Positions 10,888 through 20,367 of a DNA stretch of 64,000 nt are shown one piece after another. The notes under the pieces were generated by a model. The model was not told where the DNA came from and ran no database searches. It saw nothing but the letters and a program-made list of their open reading frames with translations. The stretch comes from an uncultured Candidatus Saccharibacteria bacterium (GTDB taxonomy: Bacteria; Patescibacteriota; WWE3; UBA101185; UBA10185): positions 17,843-81,842 of the forward strand of contig CAZILK010000001.1 of the NCBI GenBank assembly GCA_964540135.1, written 5' to 3'. Within the stretch, counting starts at the first letter, position 1, and each line of letters starts with the position of its first letter. A program made the position numbers and the translations under genes.

Positions 10888-11844
10888 TTAAAGCTTAGAT
10901 TCTTTAATTATCCACTCTGGTCTATTTTTTACTTCATCATAAATTCGGCTTAGGTAATTGCCAATGATACCAAGGAAAATTAACTGAACGCCTCCTAGAA
11001 AGAGTATTGAGATGACAATTGTGGCAAAACCAGGGACTGGTCCAAGTCCTATTGAAGTAAAAAAGGGAGTAAATATTCTTTGAAAGAGTGTAAACACCAC
11101 CATAATTAATGCTGCTATTGATACCCAGATGCCAAGGCTAGAGGCAATAGTTAGGGGCACTGTTGAAAAAGAAAATATACCGTCAAAAGCCAATTTCATT
11201 AATTTTTTAAAAGGATATTTTGTTTCTCCACCAGCACGAACTTGCCTTTCATATTCAAGACCTATTTGTTTAAACCCAGACCAGGCTCTAAGGCCGCGAA
11301 CAAACTTATTTTTTTCAGGCATACTTTTTAATGCATTTACTACCTTTCTATCCATGAGTGAGAAATCTCCTGAATCAAGAGGTATGTTAAATGTTACAAG
11401 ATACCCAAGTATTCTATAAAATGCCCAGTAGCATACTCGTTTTATATGTATTTCTTTTCTTTTTTTCCTAATCGCGTAAACAACATCAAACCCTTCTTCC
11501 CATTTCTTAATATATCTATGGAGCTCTTCTGGAGGATCCTGGAGATCTACATCCATAACAATTACAGCGTCTCCATCTGCATGATGTATACCACAGGATA
11601 TTGCTGTTTGATGCCCGAAGTTTCTTGAAAATGAAATTACTTTCCAACGATCGTCTTTAGTATTTTGTTGAAGTAGTAGTTGTAGAGTTTTATCTTCAGA
11701 ACCATCGTCGATACAAAAAACATTATAATCATGCTCCCAACTCTTAGTCGCTTTGATTAATCTTTTAAAAAACAACGGTAGTACTGCTTCCTCGTTATAA
11801 CAGGGAAGAACTATAGAAATTTTCTTGCGTGTTTTAGTTGCCAT
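10888..11844 (-). CDS. Polyprenyl-phosphate glycosyltransferase (GtrB/ArnC/CsbB-like GT2 with C-terminal TM anchor)
   Basis: ISIVLPCYNEE...FCIDDGSEDKT...VIVMDVDLQDPPEEL plus two C-terminal TM helices ending in the conserved NRPxW-like tail. Confidence 0.85.
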   Translation of the reverse strand: MATKTRKKISIVLPCYNEEAVLPLFFKRLIKATKSWEHDYNVFCIDDGSEDKTLQLLLQQNTKDDRWKVISFSRNFGHQTAISCGIHHADGDAVIVMDVDLQDPPEELHRYIKKWEEGFDVVYAIRKKRKEIHIKRVCYWAFYRILGYLVTFNIPLDSGDFSLMDRKVVNALKSMPEKNKFVRGLRAWSGFKQIGLEYERQVRAGGETKYPFKKLMKLAFDGIFSFSTVPLTIASSLGIWVSIAALIMVVFTLFQRIFTPFFTSIGLGPVPGFATIVISILFLGGVQLIFLGIIGNYLSRIYDEVKNRPEWIIKESKL

Positions 11845-11935
11845 ATACTAATTGTTCGAGTCTATTATAATATCTTTCTGCTATATTGTAAGATGCGCGT
11901 TTGTTGTTGGGTTTACAAGTTAGTTAAGAGTTAGT

Positions 11936-14152
11936 TTAGTCTGTTTCGTAGGAAATCCCGTGTTTAGCTAAAACATCACCTCGATATACCCAAGTTTGAA
12001 CATATCCTCTGTAGCTTATGGTAAATTCTGCAGGAACTTCTTTACCGGGTACGGGAACAGTTCTTTTAAGACCGCCTCTTGTGAATATAAAATAATCGTC
12101 CTTTGTGTAAGGTCCGAGCCTTTCTTTATGCGGTATATGATCTGAATCGACATTTATCCCCAAAAGTATTTCGTTTGGTTGCTTACCTTTGTATTTATAT
12201 AACCAAGCACCTCTAAAATTGGCAGTTATAATTGTTTTTTCACAGCTCTTTGTCTTAAGACATCTCTTAAAAATCTCTTTTTGGGCAATCATAATTTCTT
12301 CCCCCCACCCTTGCCAGGCAACATCCATTCTCCCTTGAACAAAGTTCTTATTATAGCTTTCAGACTGATCAGACCAGAATGGTCTAAATGCTGCATATAC
12401 AGGTGCAAATGGCCAAAGCTCAATAACTAGTACAAGAGCAGTAACTGCTATTAATGCTTTCTTTTTAACTAAGCTTTGGTTTGAGTTTATAAAACTGTAT
12501 AGCCTGATTAATATATAGAGCTCAAATATATAGTGGTACAAATCGTAATACCTATTCACAAGCCAAGTTGATGTTAATGCATATCCAAGAGGCATAAGAA
12601 AACACATAATCACAGCTAAGTCCCAGATGAAACTATACTTAGTCTTGTTTGAGTTACGCCTTGTGAAATCAAATATAACAATAAAAGCGAGCAGTACCCA
12701 AAATACTGAGGGAATTGCATTTATAAAAACTGCATAATAAAACGCTATATTTTTAATATGAAACTCTTGTGCGGTGGTCGCACCTGGATACCATGTATAG
12801 TTCGCATTGGGATTTTTGTCATGACCGTAGGTTCCTTTTGGTGCTTGTACAAAAAACCCTTCGTAAGCCTGGGTATTAAATGTTCCCCAGACTCCAATTG
12901 CAAGTGCGGCAATCATTACAATTAAAGCAAGCTTGGAGCTTATTTTGGAGCCTATGTTATCAAAGAGGTTATCAAACTTACTTAATAAAATAGAACATAC
13001 ACAGCTTATTACGACTAGCGCTCCCAAAAGATAGTAAGAGTAAGTTGAGTTGAAATACGCAAGATTGCTGGCAATCTTAGCACTCACAAGAGGCCACCCC
13101 CACGATACAAGAGGGTAGAGTATTGAAACTGTACCTTTAGTCGGAAAATCAAGATCCCTAGCAACGCCTATTAATCCATACATTAAAAGAATCTCAATTA
13201 TACTCGCCACAACCCCTGCCGATATTACAAGAGGAATTATGTATAGCTTTTTGTACTTGTTGTAAGCTAGATAACCTAACATGATAAGCGATACGATGAT
13301 TAACGGTGATACATTTAGCTTTTCTTGTGAACCAGCCACTGATATTACAAGTGCGACAATAGTTAAGTTTAAATTTTTAGTTAAGTATGCTATGCCTAAA
13401 AGAAACATTGCAGCTGTTGCCACAAACATTGCATATAAATCATAGTTCGCAATCTTCCATGCGATTAAGTTCATCGGGGTAATGAGTGTAAACATCATAA
13501 AGAGAATAAACGTTAGAACAAACTTTTCTTCATCAGTTATTTTCAAAACATATTTTTTCAGTAAGCTAAAAATACCAAGCATCATCACAATACCCCCGAT
13601 CCAGTGCAGCATTTTAGCTACCGATAGGAGGCTGTTATAGTCTCCAGGTTTAAAAAGACTAAGAGGTATACCGATTAAAATATAGCTAAGTCTTAAAGCC
13701 CCGTTACCCCAAACTCCCATTTGAGCTGTGTACTTAATAGAGGCAAACTCCATAACCGATATACCCTCATCACTAGCAAGCATTTGAGAGGACTTTTCTA
13801 CCGATATATAGAACAGGAGGCCAATGAGGATAAGTAGTATGCCAATTGCCTTGTAGGATTTAACGTTTCTCTTTAAATAAAAAAAAGTAATTATAAGTCC
13901 AACAGATATGGTAATAAGTTCAAATAAATTAATACCAAGTACTGGCAAGAAAGGTTCAAAGTAACCAACTCCTTTTAACTTAGATGAGATTAAGATTCTG
14001 ATTGTGCAGTAAAAGAAAGCAACTATAAAAAGCCCAGCACACAGAGGCTTTATTCGTTGAGACTGTTTTTTTCTAAAGAGTAAAAAAGCTGTGTAAGCAA
14101 GAGTTGTAATATATAAAAACAGTGCTAAGTGAATTGTAATATCTGTAGTCAT
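11936..14152 (-). CDS. Large polytopic membrane protein (738 aa) with C-terminal soluble domain; possible GT-C-type transferase
   Basis: At least 12 hydrophobic helices in the first ~560 aa and a ~180-aa hydrophilic C-terminal domain; immediately upstream of the GtrB-like gene on the same strand. Confidence 0.5.
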   Translation of the reverse strand: MTTDITIHLALFLYITTLAYTAFLLFRKKQSQRIKPLCAGLFIVAFFYCTIRILISSKLKGVGYFEPFLPVLGINLFELITISVGLIITFFYLKRNVKSYKAIGILLILIGLLFYISVEKSSQMLASDEGISVMEFASIKYTAQMGVWGNGALRLSYILIGIPLSLFKPGDYNSLLSVAKMLHWIGGIVMMLGIFSLLKKYVLKITDEEKFVLTFILFMMFTLITPMNLIAWKIANYDLYAMFVATAAMFLLGIAYLTKNLNLTIVALVISVAGSQEKLNVSPLIIVSLIMLGYLAYNKYKKLYIIPLVISAGVVASIIEILLMYGLIGVARDLDFPTKGTVSILYPLVSWGWPLVSAKIASNLAYFNSTYSYYLLGALVVISCVCSILLSKFDNLFDNIGSKISSKLALIVMIAALAIGVWGTFNTQAYEGFFVQAPKGTYGHDKNPNANYTWYPGATTAQEFHIKNIAFYYAVFINAIPSVFWVLLAFIVIFDFTRRNSNKTKYSFIWDLAVIMCFLMPLGYALTSTWLVNRYYDLYHYIFELYILIRLYSFINSNQSLVKKKALIAVTALVLVIELWPFAPVYAAFRPFWSDQSESYNKNFVQGRMDVAWQGWGEEIMIAQKEIFKRCLKTKSCEKTIITANFRGAWLYKYKGKQPNEILLGINVDSDHIPHKERLGPYTKDDYFIFTRGGLKRTVPVPGKEVPAEFTISYRGYVQTWVYRGDVLAKHGISYETD

Positions 14153-14153
14153 G

Positions 14154-15092
14154 TTAACTTTGTTTTTTAATAGTTAGGATTACAGGACTCCATGTTTTCG
14201 TTTTTATAATTAATTGCGCTACAAGTTTATTAAGACCAAGTGTCTTCATTATATCTAGCATCTTCTTTACTTTATAAAGACCGGCCCACTCACCAAAATT
14301 TGTGCTAGTCATTCTTTCTAAAAATACTTCTTCTCCTAGTGACAGTAGTTCAATGTTGTATTTACTTCCAAGTTTCTTTGTTGCATTTTTTGCCCACCTT
14401 GCATTTAATTCTACATTCAAGGTTTTTGCATACGCTTCATTTCTCCCGGCAATGTATTTTATATACCAAGGAAAAAAACTCTTAAATAACACTGGTGGGT
14501 GAAAGACAGCATAATGCCCATCAAAAAACGAGTGAAAGCTTGGGTACACATATTGAAGTATGCCTCCTGGTTTTAATACACGAAGCCCTTCATCAAGTAC
14601 TTTAAACGGGTCTTTTACATGCTCCATAACGTTAGTTGAATAAACTATATCAAAAGTATTGTCATCAAAAGGCATTTCCTCGCCAAATGCAGCAGTTAAG
14701 GTGTTTTCATCTAGATTATTATCTCTAAAGACCTCCCGTGAGATTGCAAGTGAGTTCCCAAAACCTTCGCCATCAGGCTCAATACCAAAAGCATCAATAT
14801 TAAAATTCTTGATAGCTACTAGGTTAAAAATACCAAAACCAGAACCGACATTAAGTAGCTTTTTACCTGCTATTTCATTCCCGCTAAGATATTTACGAAT
14901 AAGTTCAATTTCGTTTACTGGTTTTACGAGCGAGAGTGTATCTTCAGTTAATTTAGTTATTGGAAGAAAAGAAAGAGCTGTAAAAAAGGCACTATACTCT
15001 TCGTCCACAAGTTTTTTAACATTGTCTGAAAGTAACATTTCAAGAATTATACTATAATAGCCTTGGAGTAAATATAGCGAACTATGAAGCAT
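14154..15092 (-). CDS. Class I SAM-dependent methyltransferase
   Basis: Motif I LNVGSGFGIFNL, LKPGGIL post-II motif; the true start may be the internal Met (MLLSDNVKK, near 15038) because the annotated start overlaps the divergent GT4 start. Confidence 0.7.
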   Translation of the reverse strand: MLHSSLYLLQGYYSIILEMLLSDNVKKLVDEEYSAFFTALSFLPITKLTEDTLSLVKPVNEIELIRKYLSGNEIAGKKLLNVGSGFGIFNLVAIKNFNIDAFGIEPDGEGFGNSLAISREVFRDNNLDENTLTAAFGEEMPFDDNTFDIVYSTNVMEHVKDPFKVLDEGLRVLKPGGILQYVYPSFHSFFDGHYAVFHPPVLFKSFFPWYIKYIAGRNEAYAKTLNVELNARWAKNATKKLGSKYNIELLSLGEEVFLERMTSTNFGEWAGLYKVKKMLDIMKTLGLNKLVAQLIIKTKTWSPVILTIKKQS

Positions 15093-16205
15093 ATACTGAT
15101 TTTAAATTATGAATTCCCGCCTGTTGGTGGTGGGGGCGGAACCTCCTCAAAATATCTAGCAGAGGCATTTGCGAAACATGACTTAAAAGTTCATGTACTA
15201 ACGAGTTGGCTCAAAGGTTTGCCAAAAACTGAAAGCATTGATGGCTACACGGTTCAAAGAATCAACTGCTCTAGATCAAAGCCTGATCGTGCATCACTAT
15301 TTGAAATGTTTTGCAGTGTACTTTTTATGATTGTTCCAGCAATCAGGTATTGTATGGAGGAAAAACCAGATCTTATTCATTGTAACTTTGCAGTTCCTAC
15401 CGGCATCGTCGCTTTTATTTGCAAAAAGCTTACTGGTGTTCCATACGTACTAACGCTCCATGGGGGCGAGGTTCCATCATTCAATAAACCATTTGTAAGT
15501 AATAAGTTTTATTTCTTTTCGGTTGTAATTAAAAAACTAACATCTCCTGTATGGACACAGGCTTGTAGGGTAATTTGTGCAAGTAATTATTTTTATGACC
15601 TGGTCAGAGCGGAGTATCCGACTATCACCCCAGTAGTTATACCGTTTGGTATTGATCTTGACTTCTTTTATCCAAAAGAGAAGATACGCTCAAATAAGAT
15701 ATCTTTACTTTTTTTTAGTAGACTAACTAAACAAAAAGGAGCTTTAGTTTTACTTGATTCTGTTAAAGCTTTTGATAAGTCCCTAGACTGGGAATTAAAC
15801 ATCATCGGTGATGGGCCTATGAGAGGAGAGATTGCGGCTAAAATTGAAAAAGATAATCTTAAAGATAGAGTAACTATGCATGGATGGCAAAGCAAAGAAT
15901 TTATTCGTGAGGCGTTGTGGAAAAGTTCTGTATTTGTGTTCCCGTCGCTACAAGAATCTTTTGGCTTTGTTATGCTTGAGGCGATAGCTACAGGCACACC
16001 GGCAATTGTGTCAGACACTCCTGCATTACAAGAAATTATTGATCAAACTGGTTTTGGTGTTGCGGTTACAGATTGGGATACCGATCTTCTTCCTTCAATC
16101 ACTAAAGCACAAAGTCTTGTATTTGATAAAGCGAAGCTAGCAAACTATTCGTGGGAATTTACAGCAAACAAATATCTTGAAGAATTTACAAGTTGTGTTA
16201 ATTAA
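15084..16205 (+). CDS. Glycosyltransferase family 4 (GT-B, retaining)
   Basis: MKHILILNYEFPPVGGGGGTSS N-terminal GT4 motif; C-terminal E-x7-E region FGFVMLEAIATGTPAIVSD. Confidence 0.85.
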   Translation: MKHILILNYEFPPVGGGGGTSSKYLAEAFAKHDLKVHVLTSWLKGLPKTESIDGYTVQRINCSRSKPDRASLFEMFCSVLFMIVPAIRYCMEEKPDLIHCNFAVPTGIVAFICKKLTGVPYVLTLHGGEVPSFNKPFVSNKFYFFSVVIKKLTSPVWTQACRVICASNYFYDLVRAEYPTITPVVIPFGIDLDFFYPKEKIRSNKISLLFFSRLTKQKGALVLLDSVKAFDKSLDWELNIIGDGPMRGEIAAKIEKDNLKDRVTMHGWQSKEFIREALWKSSVFVFPSLQESFGFVMLEAIATGTPAIVSDTPALQEIIDQTGFGVAVTDWDTDLLPSITKAQSLVFDKAKLANYSWEFTANKYLEEFTSCVN

Positions 16206-17025
16206 CTTTTCCGCCAAACTTCCAAGAGTTACCGTTTCTGTTAATGATATAAACAGAAGTTTTATTAATCTGTGGTACTTTGTCTAACCAGACTTCAATA
16301 TCTTCTTTACTTAAGTAAGTTGTTTGAGGTGTGACAAGTTGGTCAAAAGCAACATGCCTGTGGAAAAAATAACCTCTTTTTGATATCCAGAGTGCATAGC
16401 TATACATTGGCATTTTATTTGCAAAACCCTTTGTCGCAAAAGCTTTTATAAAAGTCGTGTAGAGATAAAAGAAAAACGCAAGTGGTGTTGCAATCAAGTA
16501 TTTAGTAAACCACCAGGGGAGTTTACTTACAACTTTTCTTAACGGATCAACAACGCTAATAACAAAGTTATTGCCTTCTTTTGCATATACCCAGCAATGA
16601 AAATTGCCACTAGCCCTTGTATTTTCAACAACCGCTTCAAACCCCTTAAATGGATCTTTTAAGTGATGAAGAACACCAATACAATAAACAACATCAAACT
16701 TATCTTTGCTTCTATACTTAGTTAAATCTTCTTGCAGTATTTTATAGTTTTCTAAATGAGTAAGCTTCATGTTAGCTTTAGCGGAAAGTATAGAATCACC
16801 AAGGTCAACTCCTTCAAGGTAACTTGGTTCCCAGGTTGAAAGCCACATCATAAGACTCGCGTTACCGCATCCAAGCTCAAGCACACGTTTTCCTTTGATA
16901 TCTTTTTCAGTTAAGGGACTTAACCAATCAACAAATTGATCATAGGTATAAGTTGAACCTTTTGGCAGATTATTCCATGAGGTTGCAAATGCTTGTGCGG
17001 TTTTTGTGTCTTTTCTTTCCTTCAT
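16198..17025 (-). CDS. Class I SAM-dependent methyltransferase
   Basis: Motif I VLELGCGNASLMMWL, DVVYCIGVLHHL motif II/III; overlaps the asnB stop by 4 nt (operon). Confidence 0.7.
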   Translation of the reverse strand: MKERKDTKTAQAFATSWNNLPKGSTYTYDQFVDWLSPLTEKDIKGKRVLELGCGNASLMMWLSTWEPSYLEGVDLGDSILSAKANMKLTHLENYKILQEDLTKYRSKDKFDVVYCIGVLHHLKDPFKGFEAVVENTRASGNFHCWVYAKEGNNFVISVVDPLRKVVSKLPWWFTKYLIATPLAFFFYLYTTFIKAFATKGFANKMPMYSYALWISKRGYFFHRHVAFDQLVTPQTTYLSKEDIEVWLDKVPQINKTSVYIINRNGNSWKFGGKVN

Positions 17026-18872
17026 AAGTTATCAGAGTTTAAAGTTCTTAGTGCCCATAAGAATGTTCCATCATTTGATACTTTATTTATATGATCATTA
17101 ATCTTCTTATCAATAAATTTTTGATTTAACTTTAAATCCTGATTCATATTAATAGTTATTGACTGATTTTGAAACCACTTTCCAATTGGAGCACCAAAAC
17201 CTTTTTTTGATCTGTTAATTATATTATCCGGTATAACATTCTTAAGTGCTTTCTTAAGTATGTATTTTCGCTTTCCGTTTCGCAGCTTATACTCGCCTGG
17301 TATCTTTCTGACAAAATCAACAAGCTCTATATCCAAAAAAGGTGCTCTGACCTCAAGCCCGTTCATCATACTCGCTCTATCGGCTTTGACGAGAATATCG
17401 TCTTGAAGATAAAGCTTTGTGTAGTATTGAAGAGCTTTGTCTACTAAACTAAGTTGTTCGCAATTATTCCATTGATCAAGTGCTTCAGAGAATAGATCAT
17501 CTATTTGAAGAGGTTCGTTAAAAAGCTCTGATAATTCACTAGGTGCTAAAGGAGCCATCCAAGTGGGGAGCCAGAATTTTTTTTCAAATCCCAGCCCTCG
17601 TAGTGTTCGTTTCAGTTTAAAATCAAGACTCATGTTCCGTAAAGAAACCGGCATGTTTAGTATTGTTTTTTCAAATCTCGCATGCATGCTTTTTGGAATA
17701 AATTTTGCATACATTGCAGCAATAGGTAGCGCCTGGAACGGATCATACCCTGCAAACAGTTCGTCGCCGCCATCTCCAGAAAGCGCTACAGTCACATATT
17801 TTTTTGTAAATTTAGAAAGTAAGAAGGTTGGAGTTAGCGAGCTATCTGCCATAGGCTCATCAAGTCTCTCAAGTACGTTAGGTAGTATTTCAAGGGCTTT
17901 ATCAACCGATAGTATATCTAGGTGATGCGCGCAGCCTATGTGTTTGGCAACCTGCCTTGCGTATATAGTTTCATCAAAAGAAGCTTCATCAAACCCAATA
18001 CTAAAAGTTTGCAGAGAATCTTGTTCTACATGTCTTGCAGCAAGAGCTGCGATCGCTGATGAATCTACCCCACCACTTAAAAATACTCCAAGTGGTACAT
18101 CTGCCATTAGTCTTCGTTTCACTGCTCTATCTAGTAAAAACTGTAGCTCCTCGCCCCATTCTCGTTCTGGGTTGCGTGGTAGATGCTCAAAAGGTTCGAT
18201 TTTAAAATCCCAGTACTTGTTAATTTTAAAGCCCTTGTCTTTGATCGAAAAGATTAAAGAATTGCCTGCAGGCAGTTTATAGATATTTTCATAAATAGAA
18301 CTTGGTGCTGGAATATAGCCGTAAGCGAAATATTTTTGGAGTGCTTTTTTTGAAATCTCTCTTTTTAACACTGTGTGGTGCTTAAATGCGGTTAATTCTG
18401 ATGCAAAGGCAAAGACACCGTTTTGGTATGTATAAAAAAATGGTTTCTCACCAAATCTGTCTCTACTACAAAAAAGAAGACCGTTCTTTTTATCATAAAT
18501 AACAAAAGCCCACATGCCGTTGAGTCTAGAAACAAAATCAGGGCCCCATTGAATATAGGAGTTAATTAGAGTTTCAGTGTCTGAATGATCAGTTTTAAAA
18601 CTATGACCTTTTTTCACAAGCTCAGTTCTTAATTCTTCGTGGTTATATATTTCTCCATTAAATATAATGACTATGTTCTCATCAACAGAAATCATTGGTT
18701 GTTGCCCCGTAGCAAGGTCAACAATCGAGAGTCTTCGGTGTCCAAGAAAAACAGTCTTTTCAACATCTACCCATGTTCCTCTTGCATCGGGACCACGATG
18801 AGAAAGGGAATCTGTCATTGCATCAAGAATTTGTGTATTGCCTGTTCCAAAAAAGCCAGTTATTCCGCACAT
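17022..18872 (-). CDS. asnB: Asparagine synthase (glutamine-hydrolysing) family amidotransferase
   Basis: N-terminal MCGITGFFG (Ntn Cys2) so the start is set at this Met, not the ORF-track Met 6 codons upstream; PP-loop SGGVDSS; 616 aa. Confidence 0.88.
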   Translation of the reverse strand: MCGITGFFGTGNTQILDAMTDSLSHRGPDARGTWVDVEKTVFLGHRRLSIVDLATGQQPMISVDENIVIIFNGEIYNHEELRTELVKKGHSFKTDHSDTETLINSYIQWGPDFVSRLNGMWAFVIYDKKNGLLFCSRDRFGEKPFFYTYQNGVFAFASELTAFKHHTVLKREISKKALQKYFAYGYIPAPSSIYENIYKLPAGNSLIFSIKDKGFKINKYWDFKIEPFEHLPRNPEREWGEELQFLLDRAVKRRLMADVPLGVFLSGGVDSSAIAALAARHVEQDSLQTFSIGFDEASFDETIYARQVAKHIGCAHHLDILSVDKALEILPNVLERLDEPMADSSLTPTFLLSKFTKKYVTVALSGDGGDELFAGYDPFQALPIAAMYAKFIPKSMHARFEKTILNMPVSLRNMSLDFKLKRTLRGLGFEKKFWLPTWMAPLAPSELSELFNEPLQIDDLFSEALDQWNNCEQLSLVDKALQYYTKLYLQDDILVKADRASMMNGLEVRAPFLDIELVDFVRKIPGEYKLRNGKRKYILKKALKNVIPDNIINRSKKGFGAPIGKWFQNQSITINMNQDLKLNQKFIDKKINDHINKVSNDGTFLWALRTLNSDNL

Positions 18873-18957
18873 ATTATTTGTATAATGCAACGCAACAGCC
18901 TTAAATGCAACAGTATTTACATATTAAGGTACGATCTACTTATGGTATTATTCCTGT

Positions 18958-19545
18958 GTGACAAAAGTAATTATTAACTTAGGTTGTGGGAAAACAAGAC
19001 TACCTGATTCAATTGGAGTTGATTATACAAAGATTGAAGATTATGTTGATGTTGTCCACGATCTTGACTCACTGCCTTACCCTTTTGCAGACAACTATGC
19101 CGATGAAATTCATATGTACCATGTGCTAGAGCATCTTCACAATCCACTTAAAAAAGTGGAAGAATTACACCGAATTCTTAAGCCGGGTGGTATTTTATAT
19201 ATCAGAGTTCCGCATTTTTCTTCGATGGGAGCTTTTTCAGATATAACTCATATAAGACCTTTTGGGTATGGATCGTTTGATTATTTTAATAAAGATTGTT
19301 CACATCATTTCTATACTTCAGTTGAGTTTGAAACAGTGCATAAAGAGATTAAGTATTTTGGGTTGTATCCTAATTCTGGTTTCTACACCAAGTATATCCA
19401 CGCTAATCAATGTTTTTACCCAATGAGGCCTGTAGTTCTTCTCATGAACTTCTTGATTAAACTAAGCCCAACTGCCTTTGAGAGGTTTTGGTGTTATTTG
19501 GTTGGTGGTGCTACTGAAGTCGTAGTTACACTAAAAAAAGTCTAA
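18958..19545 (+). CDS. Class I SAM-dependent methyltransferase
   Basis: Motif I INLGCGKTRL, LKPGGILYIRVP; 195 aa. Confidence 0.65.
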   Translation: MTKVIINLGCGKTRLPDSIGVDYTKIEDYVDVVHDLDSLPYPFADNYADEIHMYHVLEHLHNPLKKVEELHRILKPGGILYIRVPHFSSMGAFSDITHIRPFGYGSFDYFNKDCSHHFYTSVEFETVHKEIKYFGLYPNSGFYTKYIHANQCFYPMRPVVLLMNFLIKLSPTAFERFWCYLVGGATEVVVTLKKV

Positions 19546-19546
19546 A

Positions 19547-20365
19547 ATGCAAACCAAAGTTGTTAAAGACCAAGAGCTATTTTTTAACGATCATTCTATA
19601 AAAGATGAAATTCCATCTGAAAAGAATATTTTTTATTACTATTCTATTAAAGAACAGCAACACGGGTTTAACTTTATAAGCAATTGCAAAAACTTGCTTG
19701 AATACGGTTGTGGTATGGGCACATCGCTTGATGTATTTTTTGAAGACAAGTCACGAAAACTAGCTGATTACAATATAGTTGGTGTCGATATTGCCGATAA
19801 GGCTTTAGATAGAGCAAGAGCCAAGTACCCCAGCTACACTTTTTATACCATTCAAAATAATGTTATGCCACAAATTAACCCAGGAACTATGGACGGAGCT
19901 TTTATGCTCCATGTTTTGCATCATTCAACCGGGCATGACATTATGTTTGCCGAAATATACTCTAAACTAAAGCCAGGTGGGAAATTTTTCTTGTCAGACT
20001 TATCGTCAAATAATCCGTTCATTTCTTTTGGGAGATTTCTCTTTCCTTTTGTTTCAGGTAAGATGACCGAAACTTTTGAAGATGATCTTGTTGTTGATGG
20101 CAAAATACCTGATAAATACAAAATTAGTAAGGATAAAGTTATCTCTCAACTTAAGGTGTGTGGTTTTACCATAACTGAAGTTGGAGAAGGACACTTGTTT
20201 GTTTTTATCTTTAACTGGCTTCATAGATTATTACCGTTTCTCCATATAGCTGATATGCATTTTTTGCTAAAACCGTTAATGGCCCTAGAACAAAGGATGT
20301 TAAAATTCTCATTTTTTAAAAAGTATGCAGAAGTTTTTTATATTTTTGCAGTAAAAGAGCACTAA
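19547..20365 (+). CDS. Class I SAM-dependent methyltransferase
   Basis: Motif I LEYGCGMGTSL, LKPGGKFFLSD; 272 aa. Confidence 0.65.
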   Translation: MQTKVVKDQELFFNDHSIKDEIPSEKNIFYYYSIKEQQHGFNFISNCKNLLEYGCGMGTSLDVFFEDKSRKLADYNIVGVDIADKALDRARAKYPSYTFYTIQNNVMPQINPGTMDGAFMLHVLHHSTGHDIMFAEIYSKLKPGGKFFLSDLSSNNPFISFGRFLFPFVSGKMTETFEDDLVVDGKIPDKYKISKDKVISQLKVCGFTITEVGEGHLFVFIFNWLHRLLPFLHIADMHFLLKPLMALEQRMLKFSFFKKYAEVFYIFAVKEH

Positions 20366-20367
20366 AT

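Noticed and set aside
15668-16018. 116-aa minus ORF inside the GT4 gene
   Set aside because: Antisense to a conserved GT4 frame
17563-18282. Two plus-strand ORFs (120 and 114 aa) inside asnB
   Set aside because: They lie antisense within a strongly supported asnB frame; the Ser-rich translations look like artefacts of the opposite strand
18639-18977. 112-aa plus ORF spanning the asnB start and promoter region
   Set aside because: Overlaps the asnB N-terminus antisense and the divergent promoter region; no motif; Cys-rich low-complexity peptide
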